NCBI GenBank assembly: GCA_965226195.1
Contig: OZ245333.1
Coordinates: 2,152,275-2,216,274, forward strand
DNA from: Oligoflexales bacterium
Lineage (GTDB): Bacteria > Bdellovibrionota_B > Oligoflexia > Oligoflexales > JAPPIL01
Reading direction: 5' to 3'
DNA length: 64,000 nt
Shown: positions 47,090-55,960 of the stretch, piece by piece
Numbering within the stretch: the first letter of the stretch is position 1
How the letters are laid out: each line of letters begins with the position of its first letter
Made by a program: the position numbers and the translations under genes
The notes under the pieces: model-generated
What the model was told of the DNA's origin: nothing
Database searches by the model: none
The model's input: the letters and a program-made list of their open reading frames with translations, nothing else

Positions 47090-47332
47090 TTTCAACAGAC
47101 TCTAAAGCCGCGAACTTAGATACGGTGGTTTGGGGTAGAGAGATAGAACGTCAGGAAGCTACATCCCCGAACCACCATTTGGGGAAGGGATAAAGAGGGT
47201 ACAGTTGGGGGCTTCACCCCCACCCCCCCCACCAACTTTTAGTAAGTTAGGGGCTGAAAACGAGACTTTGGTCTAGGTTTCTCCCTTAAAATCTCCCCAT
47301 TTGGGGAAAGATGGGAACGGTCAGGAACAAAC
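47090..47332. repeat. Mosaic repeat filling the gspE-gspF spacer
   Basis: It contains module A at 47104..47137, gttgggggcttcaccccc (also at 50467..50484) and aggggctgaaaacgagactttggtct.ggtttctccc, which is the reverse complement of the 21750..21800 hairpin block. Confidence 0.7.
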
Positions 47333-48550
47333 ATGGTTCTTTATACCTACAAAGGCTATGATGGAAAGACAGGTGCATCTAAAAAAGGCACAATCGATGC
47401 TGACACACCTCGTGCGGCACGCGTTCGCCTGCGTCAACGTGACAAAATAATCATTTCCGAACTAAAAGAAACAGTCCCCGACCAAAAAAAATCCCGCTCG
47501 GCACTGTTTGTCAAACGCGTCTCACTACTCGACCTGTCGATCATGACACGACAATTTGCTACCCTGCAAAACGCCCAAGTGCCACTAGACGAATGCCTGT
47601 CCGCTCTCACATCGCAAGTCGATAACCTCGAACTGCGCAATACCTTGTCGTCATTGAAAGACAGCATTTCCGAAGGTAAATCACTAGCCGAAGCACTGTC
47701 AGCCTACCCACGCATCTTCAACCGCCTCTACATCAACATGGTGCAAGCAGGCGAGACCTCAGGCAAACTAGGACTAGTGCTCGAACGACTAGCAGACCAC
47801 CAAGAATACCAAGTTGCCATCAAAGGCAAAGTCTTCAGCGCCCTATCATACCCAGCCATCATGATCGTCGCTTCGCTGGCAATTATCGCCTACCTGTTCA
47901 TCAGCGTCGTACCAGGCCTGCAAAAAGTCTTCAACAGCCTCAAAGTCACACTGCCCTGGTACACCGAAAAACTCATTGCTTTCTCAGAATTCCTGCAAGA
48001 ACGCTGGTTGCTACTCATAATCGTCGTCGTCGTACTCTTCTTTGTGCTAAGAAAATGGGCTAAATCAGAGAAAGGCGGACATAGAGTCGATCTCTGGGCA
48101 CTGACATTACCCATTTTTGGCTCGTTGATTGTCAGAATCAACGTGTCTAAGTTTACCAAAACACTATCGACTCTGCTTAATTCAGGCGTGCCCATCATTG
48201 CGGCAATAGAAATTACCAAAAATACCATCTCCAACAGCGTAATCGCAGGTGTGCTCGAAGAGGCCAAAACCTCCGTGCAAGAAGGCGATAGTCTTGGCAA
48301 CTGTATCGAACGCAGTAAACACTTCCCGCCACTAGTCACCCACATGATCCGCACAGGTGAAAAGACAGGCGACCTCGAAGGAATGTTGACACACGTGGCC
48401 AAAGCATACGATACAGAGGTGGAACGCAAAATCGAGTCGATGATCTCGTTGATCGAACCAATGATGATAATTGTAATGGCAGGCGTGGCCAGCGTGGTGA
48501 TTGTCGCCTTGCTTGTGCCCATGCTGTCTGTAATGAGTTCTGTGCGCTAA
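47333..48550 (+). CDS. gspF: Type II secretion inner-membrane platform protein GspF
   Basis: The 405-aa protein has two GspF-type cytoplasmic domains and 3 TM segments. Confidence 0.95.
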   Translation: MVLYTYKGYDGKTGASKKGTIDADTPRAARVRLRQRDKIIISELKETVPDQKKSRSALFVKRVSLLDLSIMTRQFATLQNAQVPLDECLSALTSQVDNLELRNTLSSLKDSISEGKSLAEALSAYPRIFNRLYINMVQAGETSGKLGLVLERLADHQEYQVAIKGKVFSALSYPAIMIVASLAIIAYLFISVVPGLQKVFNSLKVTLPWYTEKLIAFSEFLQERWLLLIIVVVVLFFVLRKWAKSEKGGHRVDLWALTLPIFGSLIVRINVSKFTKTLSTLLNSGVPIIAAIEITKNTISNSVIAGVLEEAKTSVQEGDSLGNCIERSKHFPPLVTHMIRTGEKTGDLEGMLTHVAKAYDTEVERKIESMISLIEPMMIIVMAGVASVVIVALLVPMLSVMSSVR

Positions 48551-48568
48551 CAAAGGAGATTCGCAGTT

Positions 48569-49048
48569 ATGACCAGTAAACAGTTGCATAATCAAAATGA
48601 GCAAGTGGCGACAGCCAATTTGCACAAAAAAGAAGCAGGAATGACGCTGCTAGAAATTATCATCGTCGTCGCTCTGCTCGGCACACTAGGGGTATACCTT
48701 ATCACCAACTTAACACAACAGGCAGACACCGCCAAAATCGACCAAACTAAGTTGGCCATCGGTAACATCCGCCAAGCACTACAGCTGTATCGGGTTCATC
48801 TGAAAAGATACCCGACGACCGACGCAGGCTTGCAGGCGCTACTAGAAAATCCTGGCGATAAACGCTGGCGCGGCCCCTACATCGACAACCACAACAAACT
48901 ACTCGACCCGTGGGACGCGGAGTTTGAATACGAATCAGACGGCCGCATCGTCAAAATAATGTCAGCTGGCCCCGATTTTCAAATGGGCACAGACGATGAT
49001 ATTATCTGGCCTGAAGAAGTGGTTGACGATGAAGGTGAAGATGCCTGA
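48569..49048 (+). CDS. gspG: Major pseudopilin GspG
   Basis: The prepilin N-terminus is KKEAG/MTLLEIIIVVALLG, and a GspG-like block (RWRGPYI...DPWDAEFEYESDG) follows. Confidence 0.9.
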   Translation: MTSKQLHNQNEQVATANLHKKEAGMTLLEIIIVVALLGTLGVYLITNLTQQADTAKIDQTKLAIGNIRQALQLYRVHLKRYPTTDAGLQALLENPGDKRWRGPYIDNHNKLLDPWDAEFEYESDGRIVKIMSAGPDFQMGTDDDIIWPEEVVDDEGEDA

Positions 49049-49784
49049 ACGCGGTTTCACACTGCTAGAAATCATCATCGTCGTCGCCCTGATCGCGGGA
49101 GTGTATACCTTCGCCTTGCCGCAGTTCAGAATTTTCAGCGGTCTGGAAGTTTCCAGCACACTGAATCGACTAGCAGTTGACATCAGAAGCGCATGGGACG
49201 TAGCCGTGCTGACAGGGAAAGTGCATCGTATGGTGTTCGAGGTCGGCGGCGGCGACTACTGGCTCGAAGTTGCCGATCGTAACGATGTCTTCATGAGTGT
49301 CGAAGGCCTCGATCGCGACTTAAACAAAGAAGAGGAAGAAGAAGCCCGCCTTGCCTTTGAAGAAAATTTTAAAAAATATGAAGACATGATGGGTAATCCC
49401 CTGTTCGACCCCGACGAAGAAAAAGAAATAATCCCTATCACCCCACTGACCGCAGGCAAGGAACGTCTGCAACGTACACAGTGGACAATGGTCAAAAACC
49501 TCGAATGGCAAAAACGCACACTGCTGCCCATGCTTTCAGTGCAAGCCATGCAAGCAGAACACCACGTGCGCAAACAAAGCAGCGAAGATGGTGAAGGCAC
49601 AGTGCAAGCATTCCTGTATTTCTTCCCCGACGGCTATGTCGAAGCCGCAGTTATTCAATTAGCAGTAATGCAAGACGAAACCACCGTCGATCGCAGCGTG
49701 CCACCCTACACAGTGCGCACCAATTCCTACGAAGGCACAGCCGAAGTTATTTCAGGACGAGAAGAATTTGACACAGAAAGCTAA
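49041..49784 (+). CDS. gspH: Minor pseudopilin GspH-like
   Basis: The N-terminus is MPERG/FTLLEIIIVVALIAG. The ATG overlaps the gspG stop (ATGCCTGA). The assignment rests on position and size, and the protein has an acidic insert. Confidence 0.6.
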   Translation: MPERGFTLLEIIIVVALIAGVYTFALPQFRIFSGLEVSSTLNRLAVDIRSAWDVAVLTGKVHRMVFEVGGGDYWLEVADRNDVFMSVEGLDRDLNKEEEEEARLAFEENFKKYEDMMGNPLFDPDEEKEIIPITPLTAGKERLQRTQWTMVKNLEWQKRTLLPMLSVQAMQAEHHVRKQSSEDGEGTVQAFLYFFPDGYVEAAVIQLAVMQDETTVDRSVPPYTVRTNSYEGTAEVISGREEFDTES

Positions 49785-50397
49785 CAATAAAGCAGCACTG
49801 CTTAGCTTTACGCTGATCGAAACAATGGTTGCACTTGGTCTGCTAACTGTTTTAATCTTGCAAGTAGCAACCGTGCAGGGACAAGCACTATACTTTTCCG
49901 ACTATGGACAAAATTTAACCAAAAGCATGTGGCTTGCACGACGTATGATGGCACAAGTCGAATACTACTGGTATAACAAAGAACTAAAAGAACTCGAAGG
50001 TGTCGCGGTCAAAGAAAAACCCTTCGAGGACGAGGAAGGGTTTAGCTACAACCTCGAAATTCGTGAATGGAAACTACCACTGATGAACATGCTCACAGGT
50101 GGCGGTGACGATAACCAGCCCGACCCGACTACAGACCTCATCAAACAGCAAGTTGAACAGATTTTTGGCGAACACCTACTCAAAATTGCCCACGTCGAAG
50201 TCTTCTGGGGCGAAGGTGCGGTGAAAGAAAGCACCACACTAACCATGCTACTGACCAACCAAAAACAAATCGACTCGACCGTAGCCACCATGCAAGCAGC
50301 GACACAAGCAACACAACAAAAAAGTAATAAGAAAGCATCCCCCCGCAAAGGCAAGAAAGGCAAAGGCACACCACCACCCAACAAAGGAGATAGCTAG
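49768..50397 (+). CDS. gspI: Minor pseudopilin GspI-like
   Basis: It has a TTG start and the N-terminus KAALLS/FTLIETMVALGLL (Ser at -1). It has a Lys-rich C-terminal tail. The assignment is by position. Confidence 0.6.
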   Translation: MTQKANNKAALLSFTLIETMVALGLLTVLILQVATVQGQALYFSDYGQNLTKSMWLARRMMAQVEYYWYNKELKELEGVAVKEKPFEDEEGFSYNLEIREWKLPLMNMLTGGGDDNQPDPTTDLIKQQVEQIFGEHLLKIAHVEVFWGEGAVKESTTLTMLLTNQKQIDSTVATMQAATQATQQKSNKKASPRKGKKGKGTPPPNKGDS

Positions 50398-50398
50398 C

Positions 50399-51379
50399 AT
50401 GTCTCCACTAAGGTCTGATTACCAACATTTTCGTGCTATGCCTCATGAACAAGCAGGGGAAGAGAGTTGGGGGCTTCACCCCCAAACCCCCACGAGCTTT
50501 TTGAAAAAAGCTCGACCAAAAACTTCCAGTAAGTTAAGGGGGTTTGCCCCCTTAACAACCCCCGGTGAAGTGGAAGAAGAAAATGTTAGGGCTTGCTCTC
50601 CCATTAAGGGGTGTGGGGTGTGGGGTGTGGGGAACGACCTCCCCACAAACAAAAAACAAACTACCCATATACAAGCCTTCACATTACTAGAAGTCATCCT
50701 CTCGCTAGCAATCCTCGCCTCCCTGATGAGTGGCGTAGCCATGCTGCTGAAAAACTCCAGCGAAGTAAAAGCTGGAGTATCAGAAGTAGGCAACGTCAAC
50801 CACCGCCTGCAAGTCGTAATGGAAAAAATTTCCCGTGACCTAGCGCATGCTTTTATGGTTAGCAAAACAGATTTTGATAGACGCACAAAAGCAATTTTTA
50901 GAATTGAAAGGCATGACAACAGCGATCGATTATTCTTAACTACAGTCACACATCGTCCGAAGAAGATAAATAGCAAGGAGTCGGATATGACTTATGTTAT
51001 TTATGAGGTGCGCAAGGACGAAGATGGGAAACTGCCGACACATCTGTTTCGGGGTGAAACGGCACGTGTGCCAGAGAGTTTTCGTGACGAGGTGGAGACA
51101 GTGATGCTAGCACGAGCTGTCAAAGCACTGAAGATTATCCCTTGGAATGGGACGAAGTGGTCGGAAGATCGCTGGCACAGCAACCGCGGCGAGTATCGCA
51201 ACAAGATTCCACACATGGTGCGCGTTGAGCTGGAAGCTTACGAGTCGGTCGAGTTGGATGGTGAAAATGCGCGCTGGGAAGAAGCGGCAGTAGTAACCTT
51301 AAAGACTGTTGTGTTTAATCACTTTGCCACTAATTTTGCGCAAGTGAAGAGCATAGGAGCACCGGTACAATGGTATTGA
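50399..51379 (+). CDS. gspJ: Minor pseudopilin GspJ-like; start uncertain (ATG 50399 or GTG 50618/50627)
   Basis: The prepilin core is HIQA/FTLLEVILSLAILASLMSG. The ORF is open from 50399, but 50455..50648 is repeat DNA. Confidence 0.6.
   Translation: MSPLRSDYQHFRAMPHEQAGEESWGLHPQTPTSFLKKARPKTSSKLRGFAPLTTPGEVEEENVRACSPIKGCGVWGVGNDLPTNKKQTTHIQAFTLLEVILSLAILASLMSGVAMLLKNSSEVKAGVSEVGNVNHRLQVVMEKISRDLAHAFMVSKTDFDRRTKAIFRIERHDNSDRLFLTTVTHRPKKINSKESDMTYVIYEVRKDEDGKLPTHLFRGETARVPESFRDEVETVMLARAVKALKIIPWNGTKWSEDRWHSNRGEYRNKIPHMVRVELEAYESVELDGENARWEEAAVVTLKTVVFNHFATNFAQVKSIGAPVQWY
50455..50648 (-). repeat. R4-type mosaic repeat lying within the open 5' part of gspJ
   Basis: gttgggggcttcacccccaaacccccacgagctttttgaaaaaagctcgaccaaaaacttccagtaagttaaggggg matches the reverse complement of 31135..31206. 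It ends in the ggggaacgacctcccc hairpin module. Confidence 0.75.
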
Positions 51380-52605
51380 AGCGCAAACCGCAGACACATT
51401 GGGGTTTCCCCGTTGCTGACGCAGACGCGTTGCCCACACCACGTCAACGGCGACGCGGTGTGGCAATCATCGTTGCCGTGATGATAATTTCGTTGATGAT
51501 GGTGTTCACCGCCGACATGATTGTCAGTTCGCAAGTCAATTTAGAGTTAGTGACCGCTGCACGGGATAATATCGTTGCTGAGTATCTGAGTAAATCAGGC
51601 TACAACCTTGCCCTGTTTTTGCTTTCTATCGACTATGGCATCGATTTGTTCAAACAATCACAGATGAAAACCCCGCCCCAAGACGGATTGAGCGATATTT
51701 GGTCAATGGTCAATGATATTCCCATCGGCGCGGAGACCGTAGAGATGCTGACCTCAATGCAGGAAATGTTCAATCTCAGCGCTATTTCCGATAGCGATGT
51801 CATGGCACAGTTGCAGTTGTTTCAGGGTGAATTTACCATCACTGTCAGCGACGAAGCAGCAAAAATCAACGTCAACTACTGCGCTGCAGGTGGTGTGACG
51901 ACACAGTGTAAACAAATGCGTGCCATGCTCACCGAGCTGTTTAATTGCCCCATCGAGAAATCATATCTGGATGCAAAGAATGTCAACCCCGACACCCTGA
52001 TTGCCAAAATTAAGGATTGGGTGGACAGTGATTCCCGTGCCGACCCCAAGTCAGGCTTGAGCGATGAATCCGACCCTTATCAGCGCCTCAATCCATCCTA
52101 CAAAACTAAAAACTCACAGTTTGACACACTGGCAGAACTTAAGCTAATCGACGAATGGGACGATGACCTGCATGCCGTTTTTTCACCTTACCTGACGGTT
52201 TACCCCTTCAAAAAACTGGGCAGCGATACCAGTGACCGTGCCCGTATCAATATCAACACAGTATCACGCGAGCTACTTGCTTGCCTCGTGCCAGAGTCAC
52301 GCACACAATGTAGTGAGACATTTGATTTAGCAGTGGCAAAAGCACGTGCTAACAAAGCACCAATAGGCGAAAACATTGAGCAAGTGCTGCGTAACGTGCT
52401 GTGCTTGCCCAAAACAATCAGTGGCAAGGGAGCAGTGAACAAAGCTGACTGGTTTGCGGAAAGTTCGCCTGTTTACAAAATTGAAGTTAAGGGACGTGCA
52501 GGTTTTCAAGAAAAAAGTTTGCAAGCTGTAATCAAGCGAGGCGTGGTGAAAGAGAAGGGACGCGAACCTTCTTCTTATCAATTGTTATTTTGGAAAATGT
52601 CGTGA
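51370..52605 (+). CDS. gspK: Minor pseudopilin GspK-like
   Basis: The N-terminus RRRGVAIIVAVMIISLMMVF is typical of GspK, which lacks Glu+5. The 411-aa protein follows gspJ. Confidence 0.7.
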   Translation: MVLKRKPQTHWGFPVADADALPTPRQRRRGVAIIVAVMIISLMMVFTADMIVSSQVNLELVTAARDNIVAEYLSKSGYNLALFLLSIDYGIDLFKQSQMKTPPQDGLSDIWSMVNDIPIGAETVEMLTSMQEMFNLSAISDSDVMAQLQLFQGEFTITVSDEAAKINVNYCAAGGVTTQCKQMRAMLTELFNCPIEKSYLDAKNVNPDTLIAKIKDWVDSDSRADPKSGLSDESDPYQRLNPSYKTKNSQFDTLAELKLIDEWDDDLHAVFSPYLTVYPFKKLGSDTSDRARININTVSRELLACLVPESRTQCSETFDLAVAKARANKAPIGENIEQVLRNVLCLPKTISGKGAVNKADWFAESSPVYKIEVKGRAGFQEKSLQAVIKRGVVKEKGREPSSYQLLFWKMS

Positions 52606-52612
52606 GGCAAGT

Positions 52613-54262
52613 ATGCAACGCGTAATAGGTCTTGACATTGGTAGCTATTCGGTGAAGGCGGTTGAAATTGTCAACACCTTCAAGTCGTATGAGATTGCTA
52701 ATTTTTATGAAAACGTAATCCCACAAATCGATGAAGTGCCACCTGATGCAGTAATTCCTACCAGCATGGAGCAGTTGTTCAAGGAAAACAATCTCGAAGC
52801 TGACCGTATCATTACCGCCATGCCGGGGCAGTATATTTCCAGCCGTATTCTGTCGTTCAATTTTTCCGATATCAAAAAAATCGAGACGGCAATCTACTCC
52901 GAAATCGAAGATATTGTGCCGTTCAATCTTGACGAGATGATTATCGACCATCAAATTTTGGGCGAGGTCGGCGGCAAAACCATTGCATTGGTAGCGATGA
53001 CCCGCAAAAGTTTTCTCAAAAGTTTTCTCGAACATTTGCAACGTTTAGAAATCGATCCCAAACTTATCGATATTGACAGCTTATCTTTCTACAACCTTGC
53101 TCCCTATATCTGTGGCAATACTGAGAAAGTCACCGCGGTAGTTGATATTGGCCACGAGAAAACTTCTGTATGTATCGTCAACAACGGTATTCTGCGCATG
53201 TTTCGCTCCATCAATCTCGGTGGCAAATACATTACCGAGTTTCTGGCGCGAGATATGGAGGTTGATTTCAACCAAGCACAACTGTTCAAACATCGTGTTA
53301 GCCAAGTGTTTTGCGAAGATGATCAAGGTAAGAACCTGAGCGAAGAAGACTACGCTATTGCCGAGCGTATCACACTAGCAGCCAATACCCTTGTGAAGGA
53401 ACTGGGACGCACACTCTATGCTTTCAAAACTTCGGACGAGGAAGCTGTCAGCACTATCTATCTGTCGGGCGGCACGAGTCGCACCCGTAACCTCAATCGC
53501 TACCTTGAAGATCAACTTGAACTCGAAGTCAAGATGAACCGTCTCGACGAAACTGAACTAAAAATCAGCCCACATTTGCACGACCACATGGTTATCATGC
53601 CGCAAAGCGTGTCGATCGGTATGCGAGCCGTGACCGCGGTGAAACGGCATACACAAATTAATCTGCGCCGCGGTGAATTTGCTTTTGTGCAGGATTACGA
53701 GTCGGTGCTAAGATATACCAGCAATATTTTCAAAGTGATGGCAGTGGCTTTAATCATTTTGTGTGCCAGTTATGGTGTGAAGTATTTCTTCTACAACCAA
53801 CAAATCAACCGGATCAAGGATCTCTATCAAAAAGAACTCGTTACTGCCTTTCCTGATTTGAAGAAAAAATATCGCAACAAAAGCACCTCTTTCGAGATCC
53901 TACAACGTGACGCAAAGAAAAAATTCAGCGGTTCGTTGCAAAGTATGACAGCATCAGCCGATAATTTTGTGAAATTAAACGCCACCAGTGGATCGCTGCT
54001 AGTCTTGAAAGCAATCAGCGAAAAACTGCCGAAGGATTTAGAATTAAACGTCACGCTGTATCAGTTCAATGCTAATGATCGCGGCGGTGGGAGGCTGTTG
54101 CTAAAAGGCGAAACCAACGGCTACGATGCCGTGTCAAAGACACTGGAAAACTTAAAGCAAGTACAGTCCTTGTCCGATGTCAAAGAAAAAAGCTCACAGG
54201 CGAAACCGGGCACGGATGGCAAGATAATTGAATTCACCTTTCAAGCTAACTACGAGGGATAG
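52613..54262 (+). CDS. gspL: GspL-like assembly protein with PilM/actin-like ATPase-fold N-terminal domain
   Basis: It has MQRVIGLDIGSYSVKAVEI and VVDIGHEKTSVCIV (the PilM-like fold), a single TM helix (IFKVMAVALIILCASYGVKYFFY) and a periplasmic C-terminal domain. Confidence 0.7.
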   Translation: MQRVIGLDIGSYSVKAVEIVNTFKSYEIANFYENVIPQIDEVPPDAVIPTSMEQLFKENNLEADRIITAMPGQYISSRILSFNFSDIKKIETAIYSEIEDIVPFNLDEMIIDHQILGEVGGKTIALVAMTRKSFLKSFLEHLQRLEIDPKLIDIDSLSFYNLAPYICGNTEKVTAVVDIGHEKTSVCIVNNGILRMFRSINLGGKYITEFLARDMEVDFNQAQLFKHRVSQVFCEDDQGKNLSEEDYAIAERITLAANTLVKELGRTLYAFKTSDEEAVSTIYLSGGTSRTRNLNRYLEDQLELEVKMNRLDETELKISPHLHDHMVIMPQSVSIGMRAVTAVKRHTQINLRRGEFAFVQDYESVLRYTSNIFKVMAVALIILCASYGVKYFFYNQQINRIKDLYQKELVTAFPDLKKKYRNKSTSFEILQRDAKKKFSGSLQSMTASADNFVKLNATSGSLLVLKAISEKLPKDLELNVTLYQFNANDRGGGRLLLKGETNGYDAVSKTLENLKQVQSLSDVKEKSSQAKPGTDGKIIEFTFQANYEG

Positions 54263-54265
54263 ACG

Positions 54266-54907
54266 ATGGCAGTGCTAAATGCAGTTGTGGATAAAATCGA
54301 CGCACGCTTGACCTTTGTAAAGCACCGTGTTCTGGGAGAGAACAACGAGCGCCTTGATTTTGTCATGGACAGCTTCTACAAAATGGAGCCGCGTCAAAAG
54401 AATTTTGTGCTAGCGGGAATTGTTGCTGCCATTGTCTGCTTTATTGCCTTTGCCGTTTTCTTTTATGTTGCTCAAATCAGTGCACTAGAAACCCAACTCA
54501 ACGAAAGCTTTGCTGCACTAAACAGCTTGCAGGAACAGAAGGCCGACTTCGGCCGTGCCAACGGTAAATTCAACGTCATCGTCAAAGACGTGACACGACG
54601 CACACAGGGACTGCAGATGAAACCGCTGCTGGAAAAATTTGCCCGTGGCTTGAACATCAAGATCGAAGGGTTGTCCGAAACTAGTGATGCGTTTACCTCC
54701 GATAACCCGATGAGTAAATTCTTGGAGCAACGCAAAATCGAAGTGCGCTTGCCCCGTGTTTCAATTCCGAAATTGCTAAAATTTCTGGTCGAAGTAGAGA
54801 AAGCACGCAAGTTTTTGCGTATTTCTGATTTAACTATTCGAGGCATTTACGGCACGAAGCTGCATTTCGATGCTTCTGCTGTCATTAACTGGTACAGGGG
54901 GGCATAA
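54266..54907 (+). CDS. gspM: GspM-like bitopic protein
   Basis: The 213-aa protein has one TM helix (FVLAGIVAAIVCFIAFAVFFYV) and sits after gspL. The assignment rests on position and topology only. Confidence 0.45.
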   Translation: MAVLNAVVDKIDARLTFVKHRVLGENNERLDFVMDSFYKMEPRQKNFVLAGIVAAIVCFIAFAVFFYVAQISALETQLNESFAALNSLQEQKADFGRANGKFNVIVKDVTRRTQGLQMKPLLEKFARGLNIKIEGLSETSDAFTSDNPMSKFLEQRKIEVRLPRVSIPKLLKFLVEVEKARKFLRISDLTIRGIYGTKLHFDASAVINWYRGA

Positions 54908-54911
54908 GCTG

Positions 54912-55856
54912 ATGAGTAAGCCATTACAGTATGTTTGCTATGTTGTTTTGTTCGTGGTCAGTTTTTTGTTTTTTGTTTACCTGACTTTCCCCTTCAACAT
55001 TCTCAAGGAAAGTCTCGTGATGAAACTCAACAAAGCCACTGGTCTTAATATTTCCGTCTATGACATGTCACCCTCGTTGTTGCTTGGCTTAGAAGCACAA
55101 GGTGTAAGCTTGAAGACACCTACGGGTCAAGAGGTTAAGTTTTTCGCCATCGAAGTGTCGCTCAGCACTTTGCACCTATTCATCGGACGCTTGCGTTGTG
55201 TGCTTGAAGTGCAAGATGCCCAAAAAAATCCTCTTGAGGTGGTCGCAGGGTTTGGTTTGTTTTCACTCATTGCCAATGCCACCAGCGGCCAGCCACCGTT
55301 GCCTGACAAGATTACTATCAAAGCGAAAAACTACGGACTCAATGACTTGACTGCCTACGCGTTAAGTTCCTATGCGGGCAATTCATCAACCAACCCCCTG
55401 ATTGTGCCGCTGCTTGAACAGATGGAAGTACGCGGCAGCCTCAATGCCGACATTGCTCTTGACCTTGATATGGAAGACCCCACCGCATCGGATGGTAATC
55501 TCGACCTCAGTATCGATAATTTTGTATTAGCAATGAACGCCCCCGACTTTACTATCGACGACCAGATATTTGAAAAAGCATTGGTCAAAGCTAACCTGAG
55601 TGGTGGTAGTTTAAAAATTCAAGAAGGCTCGGAATTTTCTTCACAAGACATCAACGTGCGGGTTAGTGGTGATTTGAATTTAAAAACCCCCTTGCCCAGC
55701 TCGGTGATGAACCTCTCTATCCCGCTGCAAATCAAGGGTGCTCTGAAAGATCAATTTGGCTTTCTAATCGACGCAATGCTGAAAGGCACAAGTGATGGCA
55801 ACATTCCTCTCCAAGTCAGAGGCACGCTGATGCGTCCGTCAATCTCGTATAACTAA
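54912..55856 (+). CDS. gspN: GspN-like protein (Lepto/Myxo-type T2SS component)
   Basis: It has an ATG at 54912 and an N-terminal TM helix (YVCYVVLFVVSFLFFVYLTF). It is the last gene of the operon. The assignment rests on position and topology. Confidence 0.45.
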   Translation: MSKPLQYVCYVVLFVVSFLFFVYLTFPFNILKESLVMKLNKATGLNISVYDMSPSLLLGLEAQGVSLKTPTGQEVKFFAIEVSLSTLHLFIGRLRCVLEVQDAQKNPLEVVAGFGLFSLIANATSGQPPLPDKITIKAKNYGLNDLTAYALSSYAGNSSTNPLIVPLLEQMEVRGSLNADIALDLDMEDPTASDGNLDLSIDNFVLAMNAPDFTIDDQIFEKALVKANLSGGSLKIQEGSEFSSQDINVRVSGDLNLKTPLPSSVMNLSIPLQIKGALKDQFGFLIDAMLKGTSDGNIPLQVRGTLMRPSISYN

Positions 55857-55960
55857 CGGACGGCTTGGTAAAGGTGCTTATTCCAAACTCTCAGGGAGAT
55901 GGGTTGGTTTCCCTGAATTTCGTGTCTATGAATTTTTGTATGTCTAGTTTTTAACTACCC

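Noticed and set aside
40836-55856. Absence of gspO (prepilin peptidase) from the T2SS operon, and of ccmF/ccmH after ccmG, taken as evidence the systems are defective
   Set aside because: These genes are often encoded elsewhere. Absence from a 64-kb window says nothing about the genome.
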